Below are positions 36,055 through 46,233 of a stretch of 50,581 nt of DNA, piece after piece; position 1 is the first letter of the stretch, and each line of letters begins with the position of its first letter. The notes beneath the pieces are model-generated. The model was not told the origin of the DNA and did not search any database. It was given only the letters and a program-made list of their open reading frames with translations. The DNA comes from a virus (Duplodnaviria; Caudoviricetes), in IMG/VR virus record IMGVR_UViG_3300048849_000135, positions 1-50,581 of that record; one strand, 5' to 3'. The translations under genes and the position numbers were made by a program.

Positions 36055-36397
36055 GCAGGTAGTCGGTCAGTTCTCGGTCCAGCTTCGAGCAGGCCTCTTT
36101 CGTCGCCATCGTGAACCCTGAGGTGCTCTCCAAGGGCTTCTCCTGGATGTCCTTCGCGGCTTTGTCGACTGAAGCTTCGGCGTCCGGCATATCGTACTTC
36201 ACCGCGACCTTTCGAAAGGCATCGGTCGCCTTCCGGAAAAGCTCTGGCTGGTCATGCCGCTTGTTGCATTCGTCGGCAATGACGAAGCTGAAAGCGATCT
36301 CGTTGAACTCCTTCTTCTGCTCTGGCGGCAGGTTCTGCACTTGAGCATGGGCCGGGCCGGCTACAGCGGCCGCTAAGATCATCGAAACAATGCGCAT
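36044..36397 (-). CDS. Secreted/periplasmic moron protein
   Basis: Signal peptide (AHA); AGGAGG RBS; two Cys. Confidence 0.8.
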   Translation of the reverse strand: MRIVSMILAAAVAGPAHAQVQNLPPEQKKEFNEIAFSFVIADECNKRHDQPELFRKATDAFRKVAVKYDMPDAEASVDKAAKDIQEKPLESTSGFTMATKEACSKLDRELTDYLLKP

Positions 36398-36457
36398 ACG
36401 TGACCCTCCTGGTTAAGAGCCGGGAAGATGGGGGTGTGCGACCAAAAGGTAAAGCCA

Positions 36458-38623
36458 ATGGCAGAGCTGGCCTCTCTCGGGATCGAAGTCCAAGCGAAGA
36501 ACGTTGACCAGGCGTCTTCCAAGCTCGACAAGCTTTCTGGCGCTGCAAAGCGCGCTGAGGCTGCCGTCGACGGGCTGGGGCCGGCCGCATCGAAGGCGGG
36601 GCAGATGGCCGCCAGAGCGGCGGATGAAGCCACTACGGCACTCAATGCCGAGGCCGTAGCTGCGAACAGGGCAGCAGGGGCAATGCGGCTTCATGCCCAA
36701 GCAGCAAACCAGAATTCTCGAGGCATGGGCGCGGCGTCGATGAACGTCGGGAACCTAGCGGCACAGTTTCAAGATATCGGGGTCTCTGCCGCGATGTCGA
36801 TGAACCCACTCCAGATAGCTCTCCAGCAAGGAACGCAGATCAGTGCCGTCCTTGGCCCTATGGGTGCGGCCGGTGCGCTCCAGGCCTTAGGGAGCGCGTT
36901 CCTTGCTGTCATCTCGCCTGTGGCGCTGGCAACTATTGCCTTCGTCGCTCTCATCGCGGCCGGTCTGCAGATGGTCGACTGGCCGAAGGCCGCGGGATCT
37001 GCCTTGCGCGGTGTTGCATCCATCTTGGATGAGATCGCGCCCTACGCCGTGGCTGCGGCTGCCGCTCTGGCGTTGCTCTACGCTCCAGCCATCATCGGAG
37101 GCGTTGTAAGTCTCATCGCACTGCTAGGGCGGCTGTCGACGGCTGCCTTAACGCTTGCAGCTTCATTTGCGATCGCCAACCCGGCTAACGCGTTCATCAT
37201 TGGCCTAGTCGCGGCGGTGGCAGCGGCAGACATCTTCCGAGAAGAACTCGAGCAGATCTTCGGTTTTGATATCGTCAAGTCCGCGAAAGACGGCGTGAAT
37301 AGCATTATTGGAGCCTTCGTAGGTGGCTATGACGCGCTGAAAGCAACGTGGAAGCAGTTACCTGGGGCTCTTGGTGATCTTGTGTTTCAGGCGGCGAACG
37401 GTGTCATCGCTGGGGTGGAAGCGATGATCAACGGCGTGGGCGCGAAGATCGATGAGTGGATCAACTCCATCAATGCAAAGATGCAGTCTCTGCCGGAGGC
37501 TGTTCGCCCTGACTGGCAGATCCCGACAGTAGGGACGGTTTCCCTCGGCGGCATAACCAATCCGCATGAGGGGAAAGCAGCTGGGGTCATGGGCGCCGCG
37601 CAGGCAGCCTACGATGGGGCGCAAGGCACAGACTACGCCGGGCAGGCCTTCGACTACATCGGTCGCGGCGCATCCGCTGCAGCCGATAAGGTCAAGGCGC
37701 TTGCCGGCTGGATCGAGACCGTTGACGAGAAGGACAAGAAGAAAAAGAAGGGCGGAAAGTCCGAAGCCGAGAAGTACTCCGACATCGTGGACGGCGCCAA
37801 CCGTCGCATCACCTCGCTTGAGGCTGAACGCGCTGCTCTCGGTATGACCGAAGAAGCTGCCGCGGCTCTCCGCTACGAAACTGACCTGCTCAACCAGGCG
37901 CAGCAGAAGGGCATCAACCTAACTGAAGCCCAGAAGGGCGAGCTGTCCGCTCTCGGATCGGTCATGGCCTCAATCGAGTTCGCCACGAAGAAGGCGAAGG
38001 AGGCGATGGAGTTCGCCAAGGACGTCTCCCGCGGCTCTGTCGATGACTTCGTGTCTGGTCTGGCCAGCGGGGAAGGTGCTTGGAGATCGTTCGCAGACGC
38101 TGCGATGAATGCCCTCAACAAGATCGCTGACAAGCTGATGGACTCCGCCTTCGACAGTCTCTTCGGGGGTGGCGGCGGGCTTGGGAGCCTTGGCGGGCTC
38201 TTTGGTGGGTTGTTTGGGGGTGGCGCTGGCAAGTTTCCGGCTGCCCCTGTCGGTCTCTTCGCCTCTGGCGGCTATACCGGTGGCGGTGCGGCTCACCAGG
38301 CCGCCGGTATCGTGCACGGCGGGGAATTCGTGTTCTCGAAGAAGGCGACTGATCGTCTCGGCGTTGCCAACCTCAATAGCATGCACAAACGGGCCAAGGG
38401 CTATGCATCCGGCGGTCATGTAGCCCCGGTCATGCCTGCGAACTCGAATGGCCCGGCGTCCGGCGGCTCACCGATCACCATCGACGCACGCACCACGATC
38501 CAGCCTAGCGGAAATGCGCAGGCTGATGCTGAAGCGCGAGCATGGGCGGCGAAGCGTGATGCGGAACTCCCGGCGAGAGTGATCAAGATCGTCAGGGATG
38601 CGCAGAAGCGGAGAACTATCTGA
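36458..38623 (+). CDS. Tail tape measure protein
   Basis: NLAAQFQDIGV...QQGTQI; GGYTG...AGIVHGGEFV; Ala-rich, 721 aa. Confidence 0.93.
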   Translation: MAELASLGIEVQAKNVDQASSKLDKLSGAAKRAEAAVDGLGPAASKAGQMAARAADEATTALNAEAVAANRAAGAMRLHAQAANQNSRGMGAASMNVGNLAAQFQDIGVSAAMSMNPLQIALQQGTQISAVLGPMGAAGALQALGSAFLAVISPVALATIAFVALIAAGLQMVDWPKAAGSALRGVASILDEIAPYAVAAAAALALLYAPAIIGGVVSLIALLGRLSTAALTLAASFAIANPANAFIIGLVAAVAAADIFREELEQIFGFDIVKSAKDGVNSIIGAFVGGYDALKATWKQLPGALGDLVFQAANGVIAGVEAMINGVGAKIDEWINSINAKMQSLPEAVRPDWQIPTVGTVSLGGITNPHEGKAAGVMGAAQAAYDGAQGTDYAGQAFDYIGRGASAAADKVKALAGWIETVDEKDKKKKKGGKSEAEKYSDIVDGANRRITSLEAERAALGMTEEAAAALRYETDLLNQAQQKGINLTEAQKGELSALGSVMASIEFATKKAKEAMEFAKDVSRGSVDDFVSGLASGEGAWRSFADAAMNALNKIADKLMDSAFDSLFGGGGGLGSLGGLFGGLFGGGAGKFPAAPVGLFASGGYTGGGAAHQAAGIVHGGEFVFSKKATDRLGVANLNSMHKRAKGYASGGHVAPVMPANSNGPASGGSPITIDARTTIQPSGNAQADAEARAWAAKRDAELPARVIKIVRDAQKRRTI

Positions 38624-39261
38624 TGGCAGTCATCGATCTTCCGGCATTGGACCTGGTCGAATGCACCTTCTCGCTGACGGAGGGGACCGTCTCCACTCCG
38701 CTCAATCGCGGGATGGCCTTCAACATCACCGAGATTTTCGACCCGATGTGGCGGGTGACGGTTGAAACGCCGCAACTCGCTCGCGAGGATCGTCAGATCT
38801 GGCATGCGTGGAAGATCAGCCTCCGTGGAGGCCTGAACCGCTTCCGAGCGTTCGATATGGGGCAACTTGCGCCTCTGGCTTACGAGGGCGCGCAATCGCC
38901 GTCTCAGATTGGCTCCGGCTGGTCGGGGAGCGCTTCGGTCGTGTCCGTGGGGCTGTCGGGCGCGTTGACACTCGCCGGCGTCCCTGGTGGCTATCGGGCG
39001 TCCGCTGGCGACAGGGTCGAGCTCGCGCAGGGCCCCTTTACTGCGCTCTACGAGATCCTGACGCCGTCCACCGCGACAGGGGGAGGTACATTGAGTTTGT
39101 CGGTTGCGCCGCTGCTGCACACTGACACGTTCAATTGGTCGGCCACGGCCCGCCTCTGGCGCCCGAGGGCGCTGTTCATCATGGACCATTCCACCTGGTC
39201 ACATCAGGTGGTTGGCAGCCCCACACCCGCGACGTTCGAAGGATATCAGGTTCTGCGATGA
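38623..39261 (+). CDS. Distal tail protein
   Basis: Position after the tape measure gene; W.V...L.GG...F. Confidence 0.7.
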   Translation: MAVIDLPALDLVECTFSLTEGTVSTPLNRGMAFNITEIFDPMWRVTVETPQLAREDRQIWHAWKISLRGGLNRFRAFDMGQLAPLAYEGAQSPSQIGSGWSGSASVVSVGLSGALTLAGVPGGYRASAGDRVELAQGPFTALYEILTPSTATGGGTLSLSVAPLLHTDTFNWSATARLWRPRALFIMDHSTWSHQVVGSPTPATFEGYQVLR

Positions 39262-39863
39262 CGATCTCAGCGGAGGTACAAGCTCTTTACGATCAGGGAC
39301 GCATATCGACGCGGCAGATGATCCGCTTCGACTTCGGATCCGGACTCTATGGCTTCATCGCGCGTAGCCAGCCGCTCACCTTTGCGGGGGTCGAGTACAA
39401 GCCGTTCGGTCTCATCGAGGTGTCCGATCTTGGCATTGGGATCGGGACCACGGGCGACGGAGACTTCACGTTGAAGCTCGCAGAGAGCCGCGAACTGGGT
39501 CTAACGCCAGATGTGCTCATTCGGATCGAGGACGAGGACTATCGCGACAGGCCAGTGCGGGTGATGGATGCGCATTTTCATCCGGACACCGGTGCGCTGA
39601 TCCAGGTGGAAACGGTGGCGCGCGGTTACCTTGATGTGATCGAGCATCGGGTCGATGCCGAACGGGGCTACATACTCGAGGCGAAGTGCGAAGGCCGGCA
39701 GCTCGACTACAGCCGTAAGAACGGCCGGGTTCGGTCTGTCACTGATCAACAGCGCCGGGCGCCGGGCGATCTTTTCTTCCAGCACGCGGCGAAGGCCGGC
39801 CGCGTGACCGTCGACTGGGGCAAGGCAACCTCGACCTCCGCTGCAAGCGTTCTTCTCGGGTAG
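39258..39863 (+). CDS. Baseplate hub/tail tip protein
   Basis: DQQRR.PGD.FF...V.WG motif. Confidence 0.75.
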   Translation: MTISAEVQALYDQGRISTRQMIRFDFGSGLYGFIARSQPLTFAGVEYKPFGLIEVSDLGIGIGTTGDGDFTLKLAESRELGLTPDVLIRIEDEDYRDRPVRVMDAHFHPDTGALIQVETVARGYLDVIEHRVDAERGYILEAKCEGRQLDYSRKNGRVRSVTDQQRRAPGDLFFQHAAKAGRVTVDWGKATSTSAASVLLG

Positions 39864-39867
39864 CAAC

Positions 39868-40329
39868 ATGACACGCATCACAGACTGGGAAAGCCGCCTC
39901 AACGCTGTTGTGGCGAAGCATCAGGCGCTGCCTGGCGCTTGGGGATCGTCCGACTGCTGGATGATGACCATGGATGCGATCGAGGCTGTCACCGGTGAAC
40001 GCATCCTGCCGGCGCTGCAGAAGTACAAGAGCGAGGCGGATGGCTACAGGGTCTTCCGCAAGGCCGGCTACAAGCTGACTGTCGAGGAAGCCCTCGCGGA
40101 TGTGCTCGGGGAGCCAATCTCGCCGCTCATGGCGCAACGTGGTGACGTCGGCATCATCGAGCGCGACGGTGCAGTTTCCTGCGGCGTCTTCACGTCAGCG
40201 GGCTTTGCCGTGCGCACTCTCTACGGCCATGTCGAGCGCAGCAATGGCAAGCGGGTCGAGGTGACGACCGGCGCCGATCTTCAGTTCTTCCCGCCATCTG
40301 CCGCAGCCCGCGCATACAAGGTCCGATAG
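39868..40329 (+). CDS. Tail tip NlpC/P60-like protein (DUF6950)
   Basis: WG.SDC; A.TG; AQRGDVG. Confidence 0.78.
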   Translation: MTRITDWESRLNAVVAKHQALPGAWGSSDCWMMTMDAIEAVTGERILPALQKYKSEADGYRVFRKAGYKLTVEEALADVLGEPISPLMAQRGDVGIIERDGAVSCGVFTSAGFAVRTLYGHVERSNGKRVEVTTGADLQFFPPSAAARAYKVR

Positions 40330-42945
40330 ATGCCATTCGTCTCAGCAATCGTTGGTGCCGTCTTCGGCGTTGGCACGCTTGGTGCAGCGCTGGCGCAGGC
40401 TGCTATTGGTATCGGCATCAACTTTGTCGTCGGCAAGATCCAGCAGAGCAAGGCGAAGAAGTCGTCCCGGGAAGCTTCGGGCACGCAGTTCGAACGAGAC
40501 TATGGCGAGAATGTCAGCCGCAAGGTCGCCTGCGGCCTGGTGGGCATCGCCGGCCATGACGTCTACGTCAACACATACGGCAGCTCGAACAAGAACCTGC
40601 ATCAGATCTTCGTCCTCTCCGATTTTCCGTGCGACGGCCTGTCTCGGGTCTGGGCGGGCGGAAAGCAGCTGCAGCTTACGGAACTGTCGCCGAACAACTG
40701 GGCTGTCGGCGGCGACTACGAAGGCCGAATGAGTATCAGCTTCTTCGACGGCACGCAGATCTCGGCAGTCCCGATCCTGATCGAGACGGCCAATCCTCCG
40801 GGCCGCTGGACTACCGCATCGGTCGGACATGGCATCTGCTTCGTCATCGTGTCGATGCAGTACGACCAGGAGCGGCTCTCCGGCTTTCCTGATTTCTTCT
40901 TCGAGATCCGTGGCGCCCGTCTCTACGATCCGCGCAAGGATTCGACGATCGGTGGATTTGGCGGCCACCGCTGGGGCAACTACGGCACCTATGAGTTCAC
41001 CGAAAATCCGATCATCATGGACTACAACTATCGACGGGGCTTTGCGTGGGGGCAGAACGGCGCCGGCGATCCGGATGTCTTCCTTGGCATGGAAATGGCG
41101 ATCGGAGATCTGCCGATCGACCGCTATGCGGCGGCGGCGAACATCTGTGACGAGACGGTCGAAGGCGAAACACGCTACCGCTGCTCGATCATGCTCGATG
41201 CCGATGTGGATCACGGAGACAACATCGATGCGCTGATGTCAGCGTGCGGCGGTGTCGTCGTCGACAGCGTCGACGGTTCCTGGCCGCTGGTCGGTACCGA
41301 GCAGCCGATCGTTGCGACGTTCATCGACGACGACCTGGTGCCCGGCGAAGAGCTGACGTTCCAACGCCGGCATTCGATGGCGAACCTCGTCAACAGCGTC
41401 GGCGGCACCTATCCGGAGCCAGCCAACATGTGGAGCCCGGCCGGCTACGATACGCAGACGGCGGCCGGCTATGTCGGTCTCGATCGACGCACGAGAGATT
41501 TTCAGCTCAACCTGAACTGTGTGCCGAGCAAGCGGCAGGCAAATCAGCTGGCAAGCATCTACTTCAACGAGAACCGTTATGAGGCAACGGCGCAGATCGT
41601 CCTGCCTCCACGGTTCCAGACGATCGCCATCGGCGATTGGGTGCGATGGAACTCGGCGCGCTACGGCAACCGGGTCTTCATCGTCCAGAGCCGGTCGATC
41701 CGCGCGCTTTCTTCCGACGCGCCGCGCAATGTGTCGCTGTCCCTGCAGGAGAGGAGCGGGGAGATCTACGCGGGGACCGGCGTGCAGCCGCCGACAATCC
41801 CGTTTCCGAATGGCGAGCCGGTCTATCTCAACGAGCTGCAGGACTGGGATGCCATCCCGATCCTGGCTGTTGCCGGCGACGGCCGTACCTATCCGGCCTT
41901 CCGGCTCTCCTGGTCACCGATCGACGACGTGACGGTCCTGGCGATCGATTTCCAGTGGTGGCTCAAGGAACAGCCTGACGTGGTGTTCAGCCGAGGTTAC
42001 GGCCCAGACGTGTCGATCGGCTTCATCCAGGAGGGCATCCTCAATGAGGAGCGTTATGTCTTCCGCCACAAGTTGGTGGCGAACCGCCCAACGTTCTGGT
42101 CCGACGAGATCGAACGGCAGTCACTCGACGGTGGAAACGGTGAGCTCGAAGTCTACCTCGCGAACCTCAACAGAGAGGTATTGGACCAGTTCAAGAAGAT
42201 TTTCATGGAACTGGACGATCGGCGAACTCTCCTCGAGCGGGTGATGACTGATCTTCAACTCGGGCAAGTTTCCACCGAGTCGATGGCTCGAAAACTTGAA
42301 ACGCAAACCATCAACGCGAAAGCCGAATTCTCGGAAGAGATATCGGTTGTTGCGGGTGAATTGGGCGCGGTGGCATCCCAGGTTACGACGCTTTCCGCAG
42401 ACTACCAAGGAAACAAGGCGCAAGTTCAAAACCAACTGGTTGCACTCGCCACGGCCGATCAATCCCTTGCGACCTCGATCACCACGCTTAATACCGACTA
42501 CCAAGGCAACAAAGCTCAGGTCCAGAATGAGCTTGTGGCGCAGTCCACCGCTGTGTCAGCGCTGGCGCAGGTCGCGCAGCAGCTGACAGCCACCGTCAAT
42601 GACAACTCAGCTCAAGGGCTGGTGAAGTTCGTGGTTGCCGCCAATCAGGCAGGCGTGGACGCCCGCTTTTCTGTGGCAATTCGCGGCAGCGTGGGGCAGA
42701 CCTTCAAGGAAACGGGCTTCTTCCTCGAGCTCTACAACGGTGGTGCGAGTTCGCGATTTGCGGTCCTAGCCGATCAGTTCGTTGTCACCGACGGAGCGAG
42801 CGGCACGTTGCCGATGGTGTTCGAGAACGGCGAGTTGAAGTTGCAGATCGCCAATATCGGCACGGTCACCACGGGCCTGCTGCAGGGCAATAACGGCAAA
42901 CTCATCATCAACCTGAATGCGGGTTACATGGCGGTGTACGACTGA
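40330..42945 (+). CDS. Central tail fibre/tip attachment (gpJ-like) protein
   Basis: GARLYDPRKDST; AAANICDE; coiled coil; ADQF C-terminal domain. Confidence 0.88.
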   Translation: MPFVSAIVGAVFGVGTLGAALAQAAIGIGINFVVGKIQQSKAKKSSREASGTQFERDYGENVSRKVACGLVGIAGHDVYVNTYGSSNKNLHQIFVLSDFPCDGLSRVWAGGKQLQLTELSPNNWAVGGDYEGRMSISFFDGTQISAVPILIETANPPGRWTTASVGHGICFVIVSMQYDQERLSGFPDFFFEIRGARLYDPRKDSTIGGFGGHRWGNYGTYEFTENPIIMDYNYRRGFAWGQNGAGDPDVFLGMEMAIGDLPIDRYAAAANICDETVEGETRYRCSIMLDADVDHGDNIDALMSACGGVVVDSVDGSWPLVGTEQPIVATFIDDDLVPGEELTFQRRHSMANLVNSVGGTYPEPANMWSPAGYDTQTAAGYVGLDRRTRDFQLNLNCVPSKRQANQLASIYFNENRYEATAQIVLPPRFQTIAIGDWVRWNSARYGNRVFIVQSRSIRALSSDAPRNVSLSLQERSGEIYAGTGVQPPTIPFPNGEPVYLNELQDWDAIPILAVAGDGRTYPAFRLSWSPIDDVTVLAIDFQWWLKEQPDVVFSRGYGPDVSIGFIQEGILNEERYVFRHKLVANRPTFWSDEIERQSLDGGNGELEVYLANLNREVLDQFKKIFMELDDRRTLLERVMTDLQLGQVSTESMARKLETQTINAKAEFSEEISVVAGELGAVASQVTTLSADYQGNKAQVQNQLVALATADQSLATSITTLNTDYQGNKAQVQNELVAQSTAVSALAQVAQQLTATVNDNSAQGLVKFVVAANQAGVDARFSVAIRGSVGQTFKETGFFLELYNGGASSRFAVLADQFVVTDGASGTLPMVFENGELKLQIANIGTVTTGLLQGNNGKLIINLNAGYMAVYD
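42400..42540 (+). repeat. Internal 32-aa (96-bp) repeat DYQGNKAQVQN.LVA
   Basis: GACTACCAAGG at 42400 and 42496. Confidence 0.8.
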
Positions 42946-43328
42946 TGTCCCTGCGATACCTCCTCAGCCCCGGCCGGTTCGTCTTGAGCCGGCCGGGATA
43001 CGATGCCAGCGATCCGAACCTTCCGAACGTCTACAAGATCCTCGACAGCAACTGGCAGTTCTCCGGCTCGCTGATCAGCTCGGGCGCCTTTGCCGTCAGC
43101 AATCTGTACGGCCAATTCCCCCTGACGATCATGTTTCCTGCGGCTCTCCACTTCATCCCGGCGGCGCTTGCCTATCTTCTCGTTGGAGACGGTGGGACCG
43201 GCTCGACTGAGGTTCTGCACCTGCAGGGCAACATCGGGAATGACCGCATCGTCCTGACCGGCGGTAACGAAACCCCGTGGTTCGACAGTTCGTCTGGCGT
43301 CCTTCACTACAAGATATTCGGATTGTAG
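42945..43328 (+). CDS. Tail protein, paralog 1
   Basis: SRPGYD...ILDS motif. Confidence 0.7.
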   Translation: MSLRYLLSPGRFVLSRPGYDASDPNLPNVYKILDSNWQFSGSLISSGAFAVSNLYGQFPLTIMFPAALHFIPAALAYLLVGDGGTGSTEVLHLQGNIGNDRIVLTGGNETPWFDSSSGVLHYKIFGL

Positions 43329-43330
43329 CC

Positions 43331-43783
43331 ATGGCAGCCAGAGTTCACATCGGGCCGCTCTTTGGCACAACCGGCCTGTTCATCTCCCGGCCCGGTGATG
43401 ACGTCCACAATCCGACGCAGCCCCTGCTGGTCGACAGCCGGTTCGGGAGCTTTGACCTCCATGCGTCCGGGCGGGTGCAGATGCCGGTGATCGACAACAG
43501 CGCCGGCAAGCGTGTCTGGCAAGGAGCATGGGCGTTTCCGCCGCTGCCTTACCTGCCGCTGTTCTGGTTTTCGTTCGTGGAGAGAAGCAGCAACTTTGCA
43601 TACTTCCCGCCGGTCAGCTTCCTGAGGGGAGCGATCACCACCGGCCTGGCAAACCTGGCTTACAAGTCTTGCGATGCTGACAACGGGACCATCCGCGCGA
43701 AAGCCGAAACCTTCGCCGGCACCAACCCGCCCCCGCAGCAGCAACTTGACCTGCAATTCATCATCTTCAAAAACCCGAGGTGA
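43331..43783 (+). CDS. Tail protein, paralog 2
   Basis: ISRPGDD...LVDS motif. Confidence 0.7.
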   Translation: MAARVHIGPLFGTTGLFISRPGDDVHNPTQPLLVDSRFGSFDLHASGRVQMPVIDNSAGKRVWQGAWAFPPLPYLPLFWFSFVERSSNFAYFPPVSFLRGAITTGLANLAYKSCDADNGTIRAKAETFAGTNPPPQQQLDLQFIIFKNPR

Positions 43784-43786
43784 GAT

Positions 43787-44173
43787 ATGCCGCTGAGGTT
43801 CTTCAAAGGGAACAACGCCGGCGTCTTCAAATTCCGTGCATCGAAGCCGGGCGCCGACGCACTGACGGATGACGTCACGGCACTGATCATCCATGAAAAC
43901 ATGATGCCGATGGTGCCGGACGTGATCGGAGAGCTAGGTATCGGTCCGGCAACCCAGGCAAACAACAATGTCACGCCTGGCGAGACGACCGTTAATGTCG
44001 GGCGAACCTACGCCGTGCTGCCGTTCATTGTCCTCAAGTCCAGCCTTAACACGCTGCCCGGCGAGACGACCTTCTTCTGTCGTCTCAATCTGAACAACGG
44101 CGACCTGACGCTGTACAATCGCTACATCGGACAGTCGATCTCGGTCAAATACGCGATCTACGCGCCCATCTGA
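43787..44173 (+). CDS. Tail protein, paralog 3
   Basis: ASKPGAD motif. Confidence 0.7.
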   Translation: MPLRFFKGNNAGVFKFRASKPGADALTDDVTALIIHENMMPMVPDVIGELGIGPATQANNNVTPGETTVNVGRTYAVLPFIVLKSSLNTLPGETTFFCRLNLNNGDLTLYNRYIGQSISVKYAIYAPI

Positions 44174-44192
44174 CGCCTTCGAAGGTACACCC

Positions 44193-45230
44193 ATGACATC
44201 CTATTATTCCGAGGGATCGGTGACGCTTGTCGCCGGCAGCAAGACCGTTGTCGGTAACGGCACCATCTGGCAGACAGCACTCATCGCCGGTGGCAACATC
44301 ATTGTCGAAGCGCCCGGCAATATCATGCCGATCGCAGCGGTCGTGTCGGACTCCTCGATCACTTCGGAGCTCGCATGGACCGGCGCCAGCGGAACATATT
44401 CGTACGTCATCCAGCGCGACACGGCCTATCTGAAGACGCTCGACGTCAACAGCCAGAACGTCGCGTTCCTATTGTCCGAAATTCGGCAGGGGACGATCTT
44501 CAAATATGACGTCTCCGGCCCGGCAGGTGACCGGGCGATCTACGATGCGCGGGCCAAGGGGTTTTCCTACCTTGCCACCGACGGCGGCTCTCTGTCGCTG
44601 TACGTCAAGCGCAGCGCAACTCCCGGCGATTGGGCTGGACCCTTCGCGTACGGTCGTGGCGAAACAGGTCCTCCGCCGTCGCTGGGTATTGGGACAGTCA
44701 CGACGCGCAATCCCGATCAGTCGGCCACCGCCGGGGTTACCGGCGCCAACGGCAACTACCTCCTGAACCTGGGCCTGCCGCGCGGCGTTCAGGGCTTCAA
44801 GGGGTGGGCCATCGAACCGGAGATAGTGCACTTCGGAGAACGCACTGTTCTGCGCGTTTCGGACTTCATCGGCGGAGAGGGGACAAAGCCGGCAGGCGCG
44901 GGCCTGTACGTCGGTGCAACCGGCCTGGTCAGCGATGTCGATGACGCGGTGAACATTCGCGGCCTGCAGGGTCCACAGGGACTGCGCGGGGTGTTGTGGC
45001 GCGGGGCGTGGAGTGCCGCCACGGGTTACTCGGTTGGCGACCTGGTCACTGACGTAGACGTCGGCGGCAACCCGGCCACCTTCATCGCGCTGGTAGCCAA
45101 CACCAACAGCGAACCGATCAGCAACCCGAACAACTGGGGATACTTCCCCGCCAGCGTACCGATGACCGTCAACTACGGATCATGGGGTGACGCCGTCACC
45201 AGCAACATCAATTACGGATCCTGGGCATGA
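44193..45230 (+). CDS. Tail fibre protein (anchor)
   Basis: Y..G.V....GS..V.G.GT.W; collagen-like GLQGPQG; WRGAWS...Y.VGDLV. Confidence 0.85.
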   Translation: MTSYYSEGSVTLVAGSKTVVGNGTIWQTALIAGGNIIVEAPGNIMPIAAVVSDSSITSELAWTGASGTYSYVIQRDTAYLKTLDVNSQNVAFLLSEIRQGTIFKYDVSGPAGDRAIYDARAKGFSYLATDGGSLSLYVKRSATPGDWAGPFAYGRGETGPPPSLGIGTVTTRNPDQSATAGVTGANGNYLLNLGLPRGVQGFKGWAIEPEIVHFGERTVLRVSDFIGGEGTKPAGAGLYVGATGLVSDVDDAVNIRGLQGPQGLRGVLWRGAWSAATGYSVGDLVTDVDVGGNPATFIALVANTNSEPISNPNNWGYFPASVPMTVNYGSWGDAVTSNINYGSWA

Positions 45231-46231
45231 GCACCGAAGTCATTTTCCGAAGCGGCAGCACCGCCGAGCGCATGGCCATGACCCCTGCACGGGGCGAAAT
45301 TGGCAGCGACAACGACACCAAGCAGGTGATCCTGGGCGACGGTGTCACGGCCGGCGGTATCCCAATGGCAAGGGCCGACGAGGTGACTGATGCGCTGACG
45401 AAGCGTCTGCGGTTGGATGCTGCGCAGGAAAACACCTCGGTACAGAAGCGACAGGGGCGCGAAAATCTGAGCGCATCGCACCACATGCGGTTTGTGCAGG
45501 GGCTTACGCTTTCGAACGGCCCGACATCCTTGGTCAACATCGTTGATATCGCTCCCGGCGCGGCTCAGAACAGCGCGGGCCTTCATGTCTCCAATACGGC
45601 GGTTCTGAGCAAGAACCTTACTGGGGCGTGGGCGCCGGGGAACGGCGGAGGGATGGACACCGGAGTAAGAACAGCGAACCGAACCTATCATGTCCATGCC
45701 ATCCGAAAGCAGATAGACGGCACATTCGATGCCGTGTTCTCTCTCTCAGCCACGGCACCTGTAGTGCCCGCTGGATATGATCTTATCGAGCGCGTAGGCG
45801 CCATCGTCACCGACTCGGGCGACGCTATCAGGCAGTTCGTGCAACACGGCAACAGAGTGGCTTTGAACGGTGCCTATTCGGCCGAGTTCTCCATTCAGAC
45901 CAGCCTCGCCAAGCATCTTTTTCAGTTCTCGCCGACCGTTCCAGTCGGTGTTCCTGTGCTTGTCAGGGTGCGATTGCTCACAGTGAGCGGACAGTTCGGG
46001 GGGGGCAGCATTCTTTTTTGGGACGGAGGCATTGATAGCGCAGCCGCACCGCCGGGGACGGTTCTAAATTTCAGTACCAACGATGCAGGGTTCAATACGC
46101 AAATAAATGGGGAGGTGCGGACCGACAGCAACGGTAGGGCCTATTTATCGACAGGCGTCAGCAATGGGGCGACCATAGGGGTCGATACGTCGGGCTGGAC
46201 TGATTTCACTATCCCGAGAATAGGAGCCTGA
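45227..46231 (+). CDS. Second fibre/receptor-binding protein with an Mtd-N-like N-terminus
   Basis: FRSGSTAE....GEIG.D.DTK....GDGVTAGG.P+AR; W..G..GG+DTG. Confidence 0.8.
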   Translation: MSTEVIFRSGSTAERMAMTPARGEIGSDNDTKQVILGDGVTAGGIPMARADEVTDALTKRLRLDAAQENTSVQKRQGRENLSASHHMRFVQGLTLSNGPTSLVNIVDIAPGAAQNSAGLHVSNTAVLSKNLTGAWAPGNGGGMDTGVRTANRTYHVHAIRKQIDGTFDAVFSLSATAPVVPAGYDLIERVGAIVTDSGDAIRQFVQHGNRVALNGAYSAEFSIQTSLAKHLFQFSPTVPVGVPVLVRVRLLTVSGQFGGGSILFWDGGIDSAAAPPGTVLNFSTNDAGFNTQINGEVRTDSNGRAYLSTGVSNGATIGVDTSGWTDFTIPRIGA

Positions 46232-46233
46232 TC

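Noticed and set aside
45227-46231. Possible diversity-generating retroelement suggested by the Mtd-like N-terminus
   Set aside because: No reverse transcriptase, no Avd, and no template/variable repeat pair seen in the window
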